A stretch of 63,328 nt of DNA, filler included, from Octopus bimaculoides (lineage: Eukaryota), in assembly GCF_001194135.2 (NCBI RefSeq). It is 5 parts of 5 records of this genome, joined end to end, with 100 filler letters (N's around TTAATTAATTAA, not from the genome) between each part and the next. Parts side by side here need not be neighbours in the genome. Positions count along the whole stretch, not along the records: positions 8,372 to 34,476 come from NC_068997.1; 4 more parts are not named here. One strand, written 5' to 3'. Made by a program: the position numbers and the translations under genes. The notes under the pieces are model-generated. The model did no database searches, was not told the origin of the DNA, and saw only the letters and a program-made list of their open reading frames with translations. Positions 12,527 to 26,100 of this stretch are shown here, one piece after another (position 1 is the stretch's first letter; each line of letters opens with the position of its first letter).

Positions 12527-13745
12527 CAAAGGTGGACTGAAAGTTCATAGGCTGACTATGAAGAGGTAATGCTAGAGCTGTGAAATCTTATATGCATTAA
12601 TTTCAGCTCTTCTTATTGATAACTGCTTCATTTCTTTCTTTTCCTTAGACTGTTCAAAGGAGACTTCAAAACTAACTAGCTGTGACTTCTCTTGAAAATT
12701 TGGTATCTTGGTGCTATCAAGCACTTGTGAGGATATTCATACTGACATGGTTGCTACATTAGGAGATGACACTCCAGCTTTATCAACAGTGCAAAAGTGG
12801 TCTGTTGAATTTAGGAGGGGAAGGGAGAATCTTGAAGGTAACTCAATGTCTGGATGTCCTGCAACTGACACTACCAAAGGAAACATTGATCGTATTCATC
12901 ACATGCTGATGGATGGCAGGTGATTGACTATAAATCAAATAGCCAATGCTATTAGCATATCCTGTAAGAGAGTTGAGAATATTCTGCACAATGGACTTAG
13001 CATGATGAACATTTTTTGCTTGGTGGGTGCCATGTTTTCTGACATCTGATCAAAAGAGTACCAGGAAAATCTTGACATTGTTTGAGGCAGATCCAGCTAG
13101 TTTCCTTGAAAGTTTCTTAACCCAGGATGAGTGTTGGATTGATCACTTTGAGCCAGAAACAAAGAGACAATTCATGCAGTGGAAACACCCTTCCTCACCT
13201 GCTCCAAAGAAGGCCAAGGTCATTTCATCTTCAGGGAAGGTGATGGCCTCAGTATTTTGGGATGAAAAAGGCATTGTGTTTATTGACTATCTTCAAAAGG
13301 GCCACATCATCAATGGAGAGTACTATGCCAACTTGCTGAGGCACTGATGAAAAATTTTCAAATGCTCAAGAAAACTATGAAAGGGATCTTGTTTCATCAG
13401 GACAGTGCTCCAGTGCACAAGTCCTTGATTTCAATGGCTGCTGTGCATGATTGTGGCTTTGAACTAGTTGATCATCCTCCCTATTCTCCTGATTTGTCCC
13501 CATCTGACTATCATCTGTTCCACAACATGATAAAAAGCACTTAGCTGGGAACCAGTATCACAGTGATGATGACATCATATCTGCTGTTGATGAATTTTTT
13601 TACTAACAGGGTGAAAACCACCAATGGGATCCAGGCACTGTAATACTGATGGAAGATGTGTGTGGAGAGCAAGGAGGACTATGTTGAAAAATAAACCTCA
13701 TTTGGTCATCTTCCATGAGCGTATTTTGATCAGCCTATAAACTTT
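12527..13745 (+). mobile_element. Degenerate mariner (Tc1/mariner, D,D34D) DNA transposon
   Basis: Transposase fragments with WVP, TQDECW, VFWD, FHQDSAPVH and PPYSPDLSPSDYHLF motifs; partial TIR aaagttcataggctga (12540-12555) versus tcagcctataaacttt (13730-13745); TA at the left end; stops and frameshifts. Confidence 0.93.
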
Positions 13746-14084
13746 GCATGTATGTATGTGTGTGTGTGTGTGGACTTACACCAACAGTCCCTGTTCCTTG
13801 TGAGTATGCCCGACATTTTGCCGCCATCTCTATCCTGCTGTCTCCCACTCTTTCTCTTCTCCTGCACTTCCCTCAGGTTGGGTAATCATGTATTTCCTTT
13901 GCAGCAGTGCACCTGCTTCTGTCTTCATTCCTGATTTCTCTCTCTCCAGCCAGGTAACCTTGAACTTCCTCTACAGCAAGACACCTGTTTCTGTCTCTCC
14001 GTCTCACTATAACCTTTCATCATCCAACACAAGATCACCTCCTCCAATGCCCCTCACCTTTTGAAAGTTTCTTTTTTGTCTTGC

Positions 14085-14407
14085 AAGTACTTGGTGACCC
14101 TGTCAGTGCAGGTGCTACTTAAAGGCACCCAGTCCACACTGTAAATTGGTTAGTGTTCGGAAGGGCAACCAGCTGTAAAAACCTTACCGAAACTGACCTT
14201 GCCTGTGCTTGTGCCGTGTAAAAAGTACTACTGACTTCACCTATTCTTGTATCACGTATAAAGCACTAAGTCCACTCTGCTGTGTGGTTGGTGTTAGGAA
14301 GGGAATCCAGCTGTAAAAATCCTGCCAAAATAGTCAGGCTATAGTAAAACTGTCCCACCCATGCTAGCATGGAAGGCGGATGTTAAATGATGATAATGAT
14401 GATGATG
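14085..14407 (+). mobile_element. Diverged RTE-type tail copy or copies
   Basis: Two ttgg(t/c)gtt.ggaaggg..ccagctgtaaaaa cores; ends ggatgttaaatgatgataatgatgatg. Confidence 0.6.
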
Positions 14408-14409
14408 AG

Positions 14410-16430
14410 TCAGCCATCAATAATTATGGGAGGATATTCAAAAATTTTGTTGAAATCTATGATTGGTAGTTTTTCATGAACAAAGATGGTGAAGTTAATG
14501 AATCCCTGATAAAGAACAAATCTAAATTCTCTCCACTGAAAGGAAGAAATACTCATCTTGAGCAATACAATGGTTTCTTATCCAAATCCATCTCTTGAAC
14601 ATAATGGCAATGTGAAAAAAGAAAAAAAAATTACAAAATCGGAAATATCTGCACTTAAGTGTCTCTAAACAATGAAACAATAGTCATGAAACAGAGAGAT
14701 AAAAGTGGTACCATTATTACAATAGATGCTGAATGTTATCAGAATTTGGCTGAAGAACAGTTGAGGGGCACCACCTTTTAATCAGAAATACCTGAAAATA
14801 CAGATCATTACATAATGAGGCAGCTTGATAATCTGACTTTTGAAAAACTCTAATTCACATATCATTAACAAAAGTGTTTGTCTTATCAATTTTGAAGCAA
14901 ATCCTAGTAATTTCTATGGTCTACCAAAAATATATAAATAAAAGGAAATTAAAATGCAGTGAAAGAACAAAGTGGTGAATATGTAATATTGATACTGCCA
15001 AAAGACCTAAAACTCAGACATTTCACAGCTTGTCTGCCATACTATTCTCATCTAAGCAATTTCATTGATATCATCTTGAAACCACCATATCATTCAGAAT
15101 GGCATTGATTTCCTACTTCATTTACCTAAATCAATAGAACTGATTTTGTTGGTTAATTTGATGTAGTAAGTTTTACATAAATATTCCACATAATTTTGGA
15201 ATGATGGCAATCAAGTATTGAGTTGATAAAACATAGAAACAATTCCTAGTAGACTTACCATCAACTTGATATTAGATAGTGTCAGTCTTGTAAGAATAAT
15301 ACATTCTCTATTAATGCTAAAAACTATCTACAAATTAGAGGCACAGCCATGGGAAGCAAGTTCACTCCAGTATATGCTCTGTAATGGGATACTTAGAATG
15401 AAAACTCTACCAAGATATAGAAGAAAATTATGGTACTGATTTTAGACAATCAAAAATCTTGAAACAATTATTGATATGCAAATTTTGATCTAAACAATAA
15501 AAACCTCACAAAATCTAATTTTAAGAACAATCATTGTGGTATATGTCAATTTAAACATGCTGATCATTATATCAACTTTGAAAGGCCAAAAGAAAACAGA
15601 AGAATACAGGGGACTCATGGAAGAGATTTCTCGATGGCTTCTAATATGAACAAAATCTGTAAATGCTTTAGAAGAATTCAGCATTCTGAATAATTTACTC
15701 TAAACCTTGAAATTTACTAAAATAACGAGCATACAATTTCTCAACATAATGCTGAATAAAAATAACACTAACATCACAATGCTAATAAATTACAAAGAAC
15801 AAAGACACAGACACAAATCATGCCACTATTATTCAAAATGATAAAACCAGGATCACAAAACCAGGATATAGTGTCTTTTATAATGACATGTAATCTACAT
15901 AATCAGAATGTTTTTAACATTGCCAAATTAAACTTGCAAATTATGAGACGAAATAATAAATTAAAGAACTTAATTACTGATAGAATGCTTGTTCAAAACA
16001 AATGACAATCAAAAATCTTGAAGCAATTATTGACATGCAAATTTTGATCTAAACAATAAAAACCTCACAAAATCTAAGTGCAAGAACAATCATTGTGGTA
16101 TATGTCAATTTAAACATGCTGATCATTATATCAATTTGAAAGACCAGAAGAAAAATCTTTACAGATGCAAATATTAAACTGTAAAAGCAGATATCTAATT
16201 TTCAGTATCAAATTCCTGAACTATGAAGAAATATATAATCCAGGCTGGGAATTCATTATCAGAGTGCATGCAAGTACACCAGCAACAAATTAGGGATCCT
16301 TAAGTCAAATAGATCTCACTAGTTATTATTTCAAAACATGCTGAAAAAAACAAATTCCATTTTATGAGCATTATGATTCAAGTGAAGTTAAAAGAAAGAT
16401 AAAGAATTTATCCTTAAAAGCAGCTCTGAA
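14410..16430 (+). mobile_element. Decayed Penelope-like element (RT plus GIY-YIG endonuclease)
   Basis: Remnant peptides NFYGLPKIYK (~14905), LSNFIDIILKP, FDVVS..NIPH, YLQIRGTAMGSKFTPVY (~15325), SWKRFLD (~15620), and an endonuclease-region ECMQVHQQQIRDP (~16262). Confidence 0.8.
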
Positions 16431-16753
16431 TTGACAATAATATTAATTTGAATTCAATTTTATCTAAAAATAACTTTCACTCAAATACTGTTTAATTTTG
16501 AAAGTATTTAAAAAATTTTCTTCCTTAACTATACCACAATACCACTTTGCTGGGAAAAACATTTATGTGAAGATTATTTTAAACCATGAAAATAGTTGTG
16601 GAAAAACAAAAATAAAGAAAATCGAAACATCTGGAAGTGTTGGGATTTGATTGACTAATATATTATCCATGTAGTTTTAAAAACTGCTAAACTATACATG
16701 CATGCATACATGTATGTCCATATGTGTGTGTATTATAGGGGTACCTTCTAAGT

Positions 16754-17085
16754 CATCATCATCATCATCATCATCATCGTTTAACGTCCGCTTTTCATGC
16801 TAGCATGGGTTGGACGATTTGACTGAGGACTGGTGAACCAGACGGCTACACCAGACTCCAATCTGATCTGGCGGAGTTTCTACAGCTGGATGCCCTACCT
16901 AATGCCAACCACTCCGAGAGTGTAGTGGGTGCTTTTACGTGCCACTGGCACAAGGGTCAGTCATGTGGTACTGGCAACGGCCACGCTCAAGTGGTGTTTT
17001 TTACATGCCACCTGCACAGCCAGTCCAGTAGCACTGGCAACGGTCTCGTTTGAATGTTTTTTCACGTGCCAGTAAGGCAATGCTG
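16754..17085 (-). mobile_element. RTE-type 3' UTR/tail copy; older partial copies follow at ~17115-17240 and ~17370-17560
   Basis: (CAT)n gtttaacgtccgc... matches the same family. Confidence 0.75.
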
Positions 17086-17984
17086 GTAACGTTTGATAAT
17101 TTAACACTACAATATGCATCATCAATATTGTTTAACATCCACTTTTCCATGCTTGCAAGGGTCAGACAGAATTTGTTAAGGCAGAATTTCTACAGCCAGA
17201 TGCCCTTTATACTGCCAACTTTGTTTCCAAGGTATAGTATTAGCCAATTGGTAGACATAGTTATCATGAAGGACTGGAAATGAACCACGCTTGTTTACAA
17301 TCATCACATGATGTCAAGACAAAGATACACACAGACACATATACAATTATGCATATACATATATCATCATCATTATCATTTAACATCTGCATTCTGTGCT
17401 GGCATGGGTTGGATAACTTGGCAAGGAACTGACAAACTGCAGGTCTGTGTTGAGTTCCAATATCATCTTTGGCATGGTTTCTATGGCAGGAAGCCTTTCT
17501 AATGCCAACGACTTTACAGAGGGTACAGTGTGTGCTTTTTTGTGCCACTAGCACTAGTGAAGCTGCCATGTAGCTTGCAAAGGAAAAAAGCTACTACTAC
17601 TAAGAGAAAGTATTGGGAGAAGGTGGACACGAGTGGCTTTATACTAGGTGTTGGAAGGCTAAAATATGATAGAGAGACTAGTATACGTGTCTTGCTATAG
17701 AGGAGATACATAGCTGGCAGATATAAGAGGAAGGTAATGATAGAGTGCTAGAGCAAACTCTCATGGAGAAAGAAGGTGGGCATCAGAGAGGATACAGATA
17801 GTAAGTCATGGGAAGGGATGGGAGAGTGTGTAGTTGCTTTCATAGGAGTGTGAGTGGGGAGTAAACAGGTGGAAGTAGAGGTTAATGTAGTGAGTGATGG
17901 GCAAGGGTGAGGATACAGATGATGGAAAATACCAGTATGGAGAGGGGTAAGATAGGCGATATAAGAGTGATTCAGGAAAGAGAA

Positions 17985-19053
17985 TGGATGTGTAATGTCA
18001 GTGTGCATACATGACAGAGTGTAAGCACTCTGGGAGAAAAGTTGGACATAAGAAGCATCAAATGTGGTGTGCAAGAGGGACGACTGCGCTGATATGATCA
18101 TGTGTTATGTATGGATGAGGACAGCTATATGAGGAAGTGCCACACCCTAACTGTGGAAGGAACCTGTAGAAGACATGGGATGAGGTGATGAAGCATGACC
18201 TTCAAACATTGGGCCTCACAGAGGCAATGACAGGAGATCAAGACCTTTGGAGATATGCAGCAGTTGAGAAGGCCTGGCAACTAAAGTGAGATCACAGCTA
18301 CGGCCTGTGCCAGTGTTGCATGTCCAGCCCATTTAAAAGTACCCTTGATATGTTGGGCAATATGATATGCTTGAGAATACCTGTTGAGTCAAGTAAAACC
18401 AAAGTCATAGCTGTGGCCAGTGCTCCCTGACTGGCTCCCTTGCCAGTGGCGCATAAGATACACCATCTGAATGTGGTCGATGCCAGTGCCCTGGCACATA
18501 AAAAGCACCTTCCGAACGTGGTCGATACCACGTCTGCCTGACTGGTTCCCATGCCATTGGCATGTAAAAAGTACCATCCGAATGTGGTTGATGCCAGTGC
18601 TCCCTGACTGACTTCTGTACTGGTGACATGTAAAAAGCACTATCCGAACGTGATTGATGCTGGTGCCCCCTGGCTCCCGTGCCAGTGGCATGTAAAAAGC
18701 ACCATTCAAACGTGGTTGATGCCCCTTGACTGACTCCCTTGCTGGTGACACGTAAAAAGCACCATCCGAATGTGGTCAATGCCAGTACCCCCTAACTGGC
18801 TCCTGTGCTGATGGCACGTAAAAAGCACTATCTGAACGTGATTGATGCCAGTGCCCCCGACTGGCTGCTATGCTGGTGGCAGGTAAAAAGCACCCACTTC
18901 ACTCTCAGAGTGGTTGGCGTTAGGAAGGGCATCCAGCTGAAGAAACATTGCCAGATCAGATCAGAACCTGGTGCAGCTGCTGGCTTTCCAGACCTCAGTC
19001 AAACTGTCCAACCTATGCCAACATGAAAATGGACGTTAAACAATGATGATGAT
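17985..19053 (+). mobile_element. RTE-clade LINE 3' fragment with a minisatellite-bearing 3' UTR and (GAT)n tail
   Basis: Remnant WMCNVSVH..EKLDIRSIKCGVQEGRLR*YDHV.CMDEDS..TWDEVMKHDLQTLGLTEAMT; about 8 units of a ~60-66 bp repeat (18416-18890); conserved ttggcgttaggaagggcatccagctg core; ends ggacgttaaacaatgatgatgatg. Confidence 0.8.
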
Positions 19054-19246
19054 GTATAAACTGAATTGAATGAATAGCGTAAAAATACATATATATGAAG
19101 AAAAAATATTTGAAAAATGTGAAAAATACAAAGTAAGCCATAAAGCCATAAATGCAGAAATGTAGATTGAAAAATATATGAAAATTAAATACTGATATTA
19201 ACCCTGTTGATGAAACACTTAATGTTAACCATTTTATTTCTTGCAG

Positions 19247-19383
19247 GCGGATATTATTGTTTGGGATTATGAGAAGAAAGACATTTACTGTCGTTTCACA
19301 CTACATAAAGTAAAGGTGCAAGCCCTTGACATCTCTCCAAATGACCTATTTCTGTTGTCTTTGGGAGGACAAGATGACGGCAA
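19247..19383 (+). CDS. CFAP52: Internal coding exon of cilia- and flagella-associated protein 52 (WDR16), WD40 repeat
   Basis: Acceptor ttttatttcttgcag| and donor AA|gtaaac; 137 nt (phase 0 to 2) encoding ADIIVWDYEKKDIYCRFTLHKVKVQALDISPNDLFLLSLGGQDDG, which aligns ungapped with human CFAP52 ADIILWDYKNRELLARLSLHKGKIEALAFSPNDLYLVSLGGPDDG (recalled from memory). Flanking exons were not found in the window. Confidence 0.9.
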
Positions 19384-19615
19384 GTAAACAGTATTTCTTA
19401 TCAATCACAGCTCATTAAGAGAATTAGTGGCCTGCTAGATAGCATCTAACTAGAAAAAAAGAAATTCATGGCAAAGGACTGGTTGTAATAGTGTGGTCTG
19501 GGTTACTGTGAGGTGCTGATGGTTAAAGCTGTGTTTTTTTAGCTAGTGTTGTCATGGAGATTGTAGGGGCATAGTGATGACTATTGTGACAGTAGCAGTT
19601 GTGGCAAGATAGCAG

Positions 19616-20607
19616 TGTAGGATACGACCGTGCGAACCAAAGGAAATGGCAATGAATGGAAGATGGCTCCTTTAAACGTGTCGCACGGTCGATCACAAAA
19701 CATGTAATAGGACATATGAAAGCTCGTGTGTGAGATTCAAGCCAGTGCCAGTAAAGGAACAAGAGAGTGAGAGAACCGTTAGATATATATAAAGAGTAGG
19801 TTTATTAACATAGTGAACTGTGTGTCTTTGTGTGCGTGCATGCAGCATATATAAATAACACAATACATAAGTCAGGCCTTCTTGTACAAGAGTGTGTATA
19901 CAATATGTGTGAGTACAATATATGTGAGTGAGTAATACAGAGCATAGAATGAGTGTCTGTAACAATGGCTATATGAGTCCTAAACACAGAGTTAGAGAAA
20001 TACCAGTTCATGGAAGAGTTCACATGGGATTGAGTGTCTGTACAAGAAGTTGTGGCCAAAGAGCAGAGCTGTGGTGTCACATGCTGTGTGTGAAGTTGAG
20101 CGTCGACGCTGTAGACCGGTTACTTGGTACAGAAGATTCTCACACGGTTGTTCTGACTGTTATCTTTGTGGTGGAAACAATCCACTCGAACAGTGCAGAG
20201 ATGAAACCGCTGTCGTTGTTGGTGTGTACTCTGGTGGTGGTGCTGGCGATGGAATTGTAGTAGACAGTAGATTGGTGGTGATGACGTCATCGCTGGAAAC
20301 TGGCTGGAGCTGTGTTCCATGTGTGGTCTACAACCAGACGTGAAAAGGTCTGTGGTCGCGACAAACAGGCGTAGTGGAGCAGGCTTATTTATAGATGAAA
20401 TAGGGCTCACCGGAAACGCAGAAAAACTCTCTCTCACATGACCTTATCTGAAGGCCACGATTGGATGGTATGCACCCTGGTGCGAAACAGAACTGGAGAT
20501 AAATGCCGTGCAAATAAGAACCAATCAGGGTGGCGGACACAAGGGTCCAAGCGGGCCGAAGGCTTTATCATTTGTAATTAAATACCGGAGAGAGAGGTTT
20601 CACTACA
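19616..20607 (-). mobile_element. Solo LTR (992 bp), related to family B
   Basis: tgtagga...cactaca termini; TSD GCAG (19612-19615 / 20608-20611); TATA-like and AATAAA signals on the minus strand; clear but diverged similarity to 30611-31540. Confidence 0.88.
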
Positions 20608-21879
20608 GCAGCTATAGTAGTATTATTATTGTTACTTTACTGGTATTGTGATGGTTGTAGTACAATATTGGTAAGTTTAATGGTGGAGTGGTGTGATGGT
20701 GATGCTAATTATAGTGGTATATTCATAACTGTAAGGTGTTGAACCTTGTGAAAATATTTCATTCTCTATAGCAAAAGCACTGCATATTACTGACTTTACC
20801 TTAGGTAGAGAGAGAGACTGATTTAATGTTGGCATGTTGAACTGCTATAGCTGTTGTTATCATTTAGCTGGGCCATAGTACAAAAGTAGGCAATTGTAAT
20901 CCATAAGTCAACACCCAAGCTGTGTATCACTTTTGGTAATATGGTGTGCAGAGCAATGATTCGATACTTTACAGTGTTGAGATTGAATTCACTTTCACAA
21001 TATTAACTCTTAAGAAAATATTTTCAAATATACAAAAACATACATACAAAAAAAATGTGAACTGGATTCCAAGAAAAAAATTTTACAAAAAGAAATATAT
21101 GAAAAATAAATTCTAAAATGTACTTAAATTTTTAGAACATATGCTAAGGAATAAATATATGTAATAGACACACACAGTTGAGTGTGCGCGCGCGCGCACA
21201 GACACAGACACACACACACATACGGTAATAAAGATGAAGCAAATGAAAAATTCTATGACATGTATTTCAGTAACAAAAATTTATTTTTATTAACATGGTA
21301 TCATACAACTTGACATGCAATAACATGCAAGATTATATAAGATTATGCAAGAATGTATTTACATAACATTTCTACTTTGTCAGGTAGTACTCCATCAAAG
21401 GTTTATTAGATGATATGCACCAAATGGATTCATGGTAGCATATGAAATTTTCAAGTGGAGAATAATTAAATATATAATTTGATTCACTTAGGGATGGTAA
21501 GGTTCCTCTTGGACCAGTAACCAATTAAAATTGTCAACTCTGTGTGCTAAACATGTTCTTTATTATCAAAAGAAAGGACAAATTGAAAATGGGAGTGTAC
21601 ATTAGGCTAACAGCAAATCAATTCTTTGACTAAACAAGGCAGACAGATTCAACATATTCAGTCATCTATTGGGGAAGTAGTTATAATTTAGTCTGTTATA
21701 TTTAAATAAAAGAAGGAAAGGATAATATATTACAATAAATAAAAGTTAACTTCCACCATTTCTTATCAATAATAGTGGTCTCAACATTGCTGGCCAACAA
21801 AGAACAGGAGAGAGATGAAGTCATACTATATATCCAGACTGTTATGGAAGTTCATCTGGCACCTCTGCTCTACCTCTCA

Positions 21880-22420
21880 GAAAATGTTCTCCATCTACAA
21901 TGCATCAGTCCTCTCCATTTTCCCCTAAGGAGCAGAAACATGGCCCTTCTCAAAGACCCTAGCAAAGAGGATTGCAGTTTCAGCAGCAGAGCCCTGGGAA
22001 CCATCAAGAACATGAGATGGTATCATCATGTTTCCAACAACAGAGAACTGCATGCACATATACATCAGCCCACAGCCTCCCACTTCATAGTTATCTGTTG
22101 CATGCACTGGTATGGACATGTCCTCCATCTCCCTGCTAGATCATCCCACCAGGGCCTTACTCTCATTCAACACTGCAGCTGTGGGCTGGAAAACGCCTCA
22201 TGGCAGGTCCTGTACCAGATGGCTGGATGTGATTGGGGGAGATCTCCAGAGGCTCAGTGTTAGCTGGGAGGATGCAGACGGTCTGGCATGAGATCACCAG
22301 TGATGGAGAGCACTGGTGGACTGGTTGACTCTGTGCATGATATGCCTCGGGGACCACTAACTTGGTATAACCCCAGCTCCATGAAGCAAGAGCATGAAGC
22401 CAAGGAGGAAGTAAAGAATG
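21880..22420 (+). mobile_element. LINE (RTE-like) C-terminal remnant
   Basis: RALGTIKNMRWYHHVSN..HWYGHVLHLP..., then WKRPHGR-like..RWLDVIGGDLQRL, typical of the post-RT region of RTE-type LINEs. Confidence 0.6.
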
Positions 22421-23176
22421 GTAATAGATAATACTAAATATATACACGTGAGTTTTGTAGGGAAGTGGTTATACACCATTAGGTGTACTCCGCTTCCGTA
22501 CATTAAATTTCTTGAAGAAACAACGGAACGCAGATTCTGAACAACACAACAATATTTATTTACAGTGGAATTCGGCTTACGCGTGAAGGGAGTTCGGTAG
22601 CTCGTCGCCTTTGGTTACTGAGACGCCTTCAATGAAGTTCGTGGTTATTTGTGAAGCTCTGGTGCTGAGTTGTAAGAGAGCTCTGTGGGATGTCTAGGCT
22701 CGACGGAGATCAGTGAACGAAGAGGCTGAAAAGAAGCGCGAAAGCTTGGATGTCGAACTCTACGCATGTGCATGAGACTCTTCCTGTATTCCTTCCGGAA
22801 CTAGTCCCTGCGCATGCGTGGATAAACTTTCCGGAAATGTCATCTGCTATTAGGCGTCACTACATGGCTCCCCCTCGAGTGTCGAAAGCACGAAAATAGA
22901 AAATTTGGAGGGACGCCTGAGGCAAGATGGCTACCAAAAACACCCACAAGATGTGGCACAAATATATATAATGAAAAATCAAAAAAAGTGATGTACAATT
23001 GTGATATACATGCATGCATGTACAAAAGAATTGAGAATGACAAAACAACCGTGATGACAACTGTCCAGGAAACTGGAATCACGCGATGTAAAAGTCTGAT
23101 TTTTTCTTTTTTTCCCTGAAAGGAAAGAAGATATTCAATAGGAAAGCACTGAAATTGTCCAATGAAACACAATAAG

Positions 23177-26100
23177 TTAAACATAAATAGTCTTTGCCAG
23201 TTTCTTTGGCCAATGCACTGTCCTGCCAGATCTAGTGACATAAGGATCACTTGAGTTTCGTTGCAATGATGAAGGTGGAGTGATTTCCGGAGTGTGTTCT
23301 TGTGATGGTGTTGATGTATGGATTGGTAAAGATGTTGACAGTGGTGTGTGCGGTGTTTGAAAAACGGGCACGTCGTCCACGGAAGTTGAGGGTTTTTCAA
23401 GGTACGCTTTTTGCAGACGGTCGACAGACACAACCTCTGTACGACCATTAGCGTCGACCTGGAAAAACTTTGGCGTGCGAGAAAGCACACGAAGGGGTCC
23501 TTTATAGGGAGGAACAAGGGGTCCTTTGACAGAATCATCCCTAACGAATACTTGAGACCAAGACTCAATGTCTGCTGGCACTTGAGAGGGAGGTGACTGT
23601 TGTCTGGGACCCATAGCTGGAAGATTGGAGAAATACTCCCGCAACCGAGTAACATAAGACTCTGGATGAGGTGGTTGTGATGAGTCTGGTACCACCATCG
23701 TACCAGGCAACGCCAGTGTGGTCCCATAAAGAAGCTCCGCCACAGAGAAACCCAGGTCAGCTTTGACCGCAGTCCGGCATCCAAGGAGGACGACCGGAAG
23801 AAATTCAACCCAAGACTACGGGTTGGGCGAGGTGCGTAAGGCAGCCTTAAGTTGCCTATGAAATCGCTCCACCATCCCATTAGAAGCGGGATGGTAGCTG
23901 GTGGTGCGTATACGATGCACCCCCAAGATTCGTGATAATTCACGAAAAAGCACGGCCTCAAATTGCCGGCCACAATCTGTGGTCACACTGGACGGTACAC
24001 CATACCGAGAAATCCAGCCAGACACGAAGGCTTGAGCGACAGTCTCAGAAGTAATATCAGCTATAGGAATGGCTTCTGGCCAGTGGGAGAACCGATCGAC
24101 ACATGTTAACAGATATGAGAACCCACGACTCACTGGCAATGGTCCAACCAAATCAAAGTGGACGTGACGGAAACGGGCCTCGGTGGATGGAAATTGTCCA
24201 AGTGGGGCACGGACGTGCTGGTGAACTTTTGCACTCTGGCACTTCAAACAAGAGCGTGCCCAAGCAGTGATCGACCGCCGCATGTTGGGCCAAAAAAAAA
24301 CGAACTGTAATAAGTTTGACTGTCACAGAGATGCCCGGGTGTGACAAGGAATGAAGNNNNNNNNNNNNNNNNNNNNNNNNNNNNNNNNNNNNNNNNNNNN
24401 NNNNNNNNNNNNNNNNNNNNNNNNNNNNNNNNNNNNNNNNNNNNNNNNNNNNNNNNNNNNNNNNNNNNNNNNNNNNNNNNNNNNNNNNNNNNNNNNNNNN
24501 NNNNNNNNNNNNNNNNNNNNNNNNNNNNNNNNNNNNNNNNNNNNNNNNNNNNNNNNNNNNNNNNNNNNNNNNNNNNNNNNNNNNNNNNNNNNNNNNNNNN
24601 NNNNNNNNNNNNNNNNNNNNNNNNNNNNNNNNNNNNNNNNNNNNNNNNNNNNNNNNNNNNNNNNNNNNNNNNNNNNNNNNNNNNNNNNNNNNNNNNNNNN
24701 NNNNNNNNNNNNNNNNNNNNNNNNNNNNNNNNNNNNNNNNNNNNNNNNNNNNNNNNNNNNNNNNNNNNNNNNNNNNNNNNNNNNNNNNNNNNNNNNNNNN
24801 NNNNNNNNNNNNNNNNNNNNNNNNNNNNNNNNNNNNNNNNNNNNNNNNNNNNNNNNNNNNNNNNNNNNNNNNNNNNNNNNNNNNNNNNNNNNNNNNNNNN
24901 NNNNNNNNNNNNNNNNNNNNNNNNNNNNNNNNNNNNNNNNNNNNNNNNNNNNNNNNNNNNNNNNNNNNNNNNNNNNNNNNNNNNNNNNNNNNNNNNNNNN
25001 NNNNNNNNNNNNNNNNNNNNNNNNNNNNNNNNNNNNNNNNNNNNNNNNNNNNNNNNNNNNNNNNNNNNNNNNNNNNNNNNNNNNNNNNNNNNNNNNNNNN
25101 NNNNNNNNNNNNNNNNNNNNNNNNNNNNNNNNNNNNNNNNNNNNNNNNNNNNNNNNNNNNNNNNNNNNNNNNNNNNNNNNNNNNNNNNNNNNNNNNNNNN
25201 NNNNNNNNNNNNNNNNNNNNNNNNNNNNNNNNNNNNNNNNNNNNNNNNNNNNNNNNNNNNNNNNNNNNNNNNNNNNNNNNNNNNNNNNNNNNNNNNNNNN
25301 NNNNNNNNNNNNNNNCGCGGAATCTGATGCGTCCATAGATAGTGAAAGGGGGGCTTCAGGAGCCAGATGTGCAAGGACAGGAACGGAGGATAATTCCCGT
25401 TTGACGGACTCAAAAGCTGACAATGTCTCAGCAGAAAGAGTGAGTCGAGCATCCTTCTTAGTGTGGCCTTGCAGTAGCCTAGTTAATGGAAGAAGCTTAT
25501 CAGCACATCGGTGTATAAATCTTCTGTAAAAATTGACAATCCCCAAGAAGTGGCGCAACTGTCTTAAAGAAGTTGGAGGTGCGATGCGTTGAATGGCATC
25601 GACCTTTGAAGGAAGAGGTCTGATTCCACTGGGATCAATAAAATGTCCAAGAAACTCCAGAGAAGATTGCCCGAAAATACATTTATTCGGATTGACTTTC
25701 ACGTTGTATGAACGGAGTCTCTGGAAAAGCAGTGATAAATGGAGATGATTTTCTTCCGTATTGCTAGCGATGAGTTTGTCATCAACATAAGCAAAAACAA
25801 AATCAAGTCCACGGACGACCTCATCTATGAATCTTTGAAAGGTGCTGGTAGCATTTCGCAAACCGAAACTCATGAACAGGAATTCAAAACAGCCGAAAGG
25901 AGTGGTGATGGCTGTCTTAGGAAGTCCTCTGGATTGACCGGTATCTGATGATAGGCCCGTACCAGATCAGTCTTAGAGAAAATGGTGTGCCCATGCAGGT
26001 TTGCCGAGAAATCTTGCAGGTTCCTAATTGGATAGCAATCTGCTATCGTCACGGCATTAAGTCGCCGATAGTCCCCCACCGGGCGAAAATCCGTGTCCCC

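Noticed and set aside
18416-18890. CRISPR-like repeat array
   Set aside because: Units are adjacent diverged tandem copies without unique spacers, inside a eukaryotic LINE 3' UTR; no cas genes.
22840-23973. 377-aa minus-strand ORF overlapping the integrase end
   Set aside because: An alternative frame over the Gypsy integrase and 3' UTR with no env-like or other recognisable motif; not supportable as a gene.
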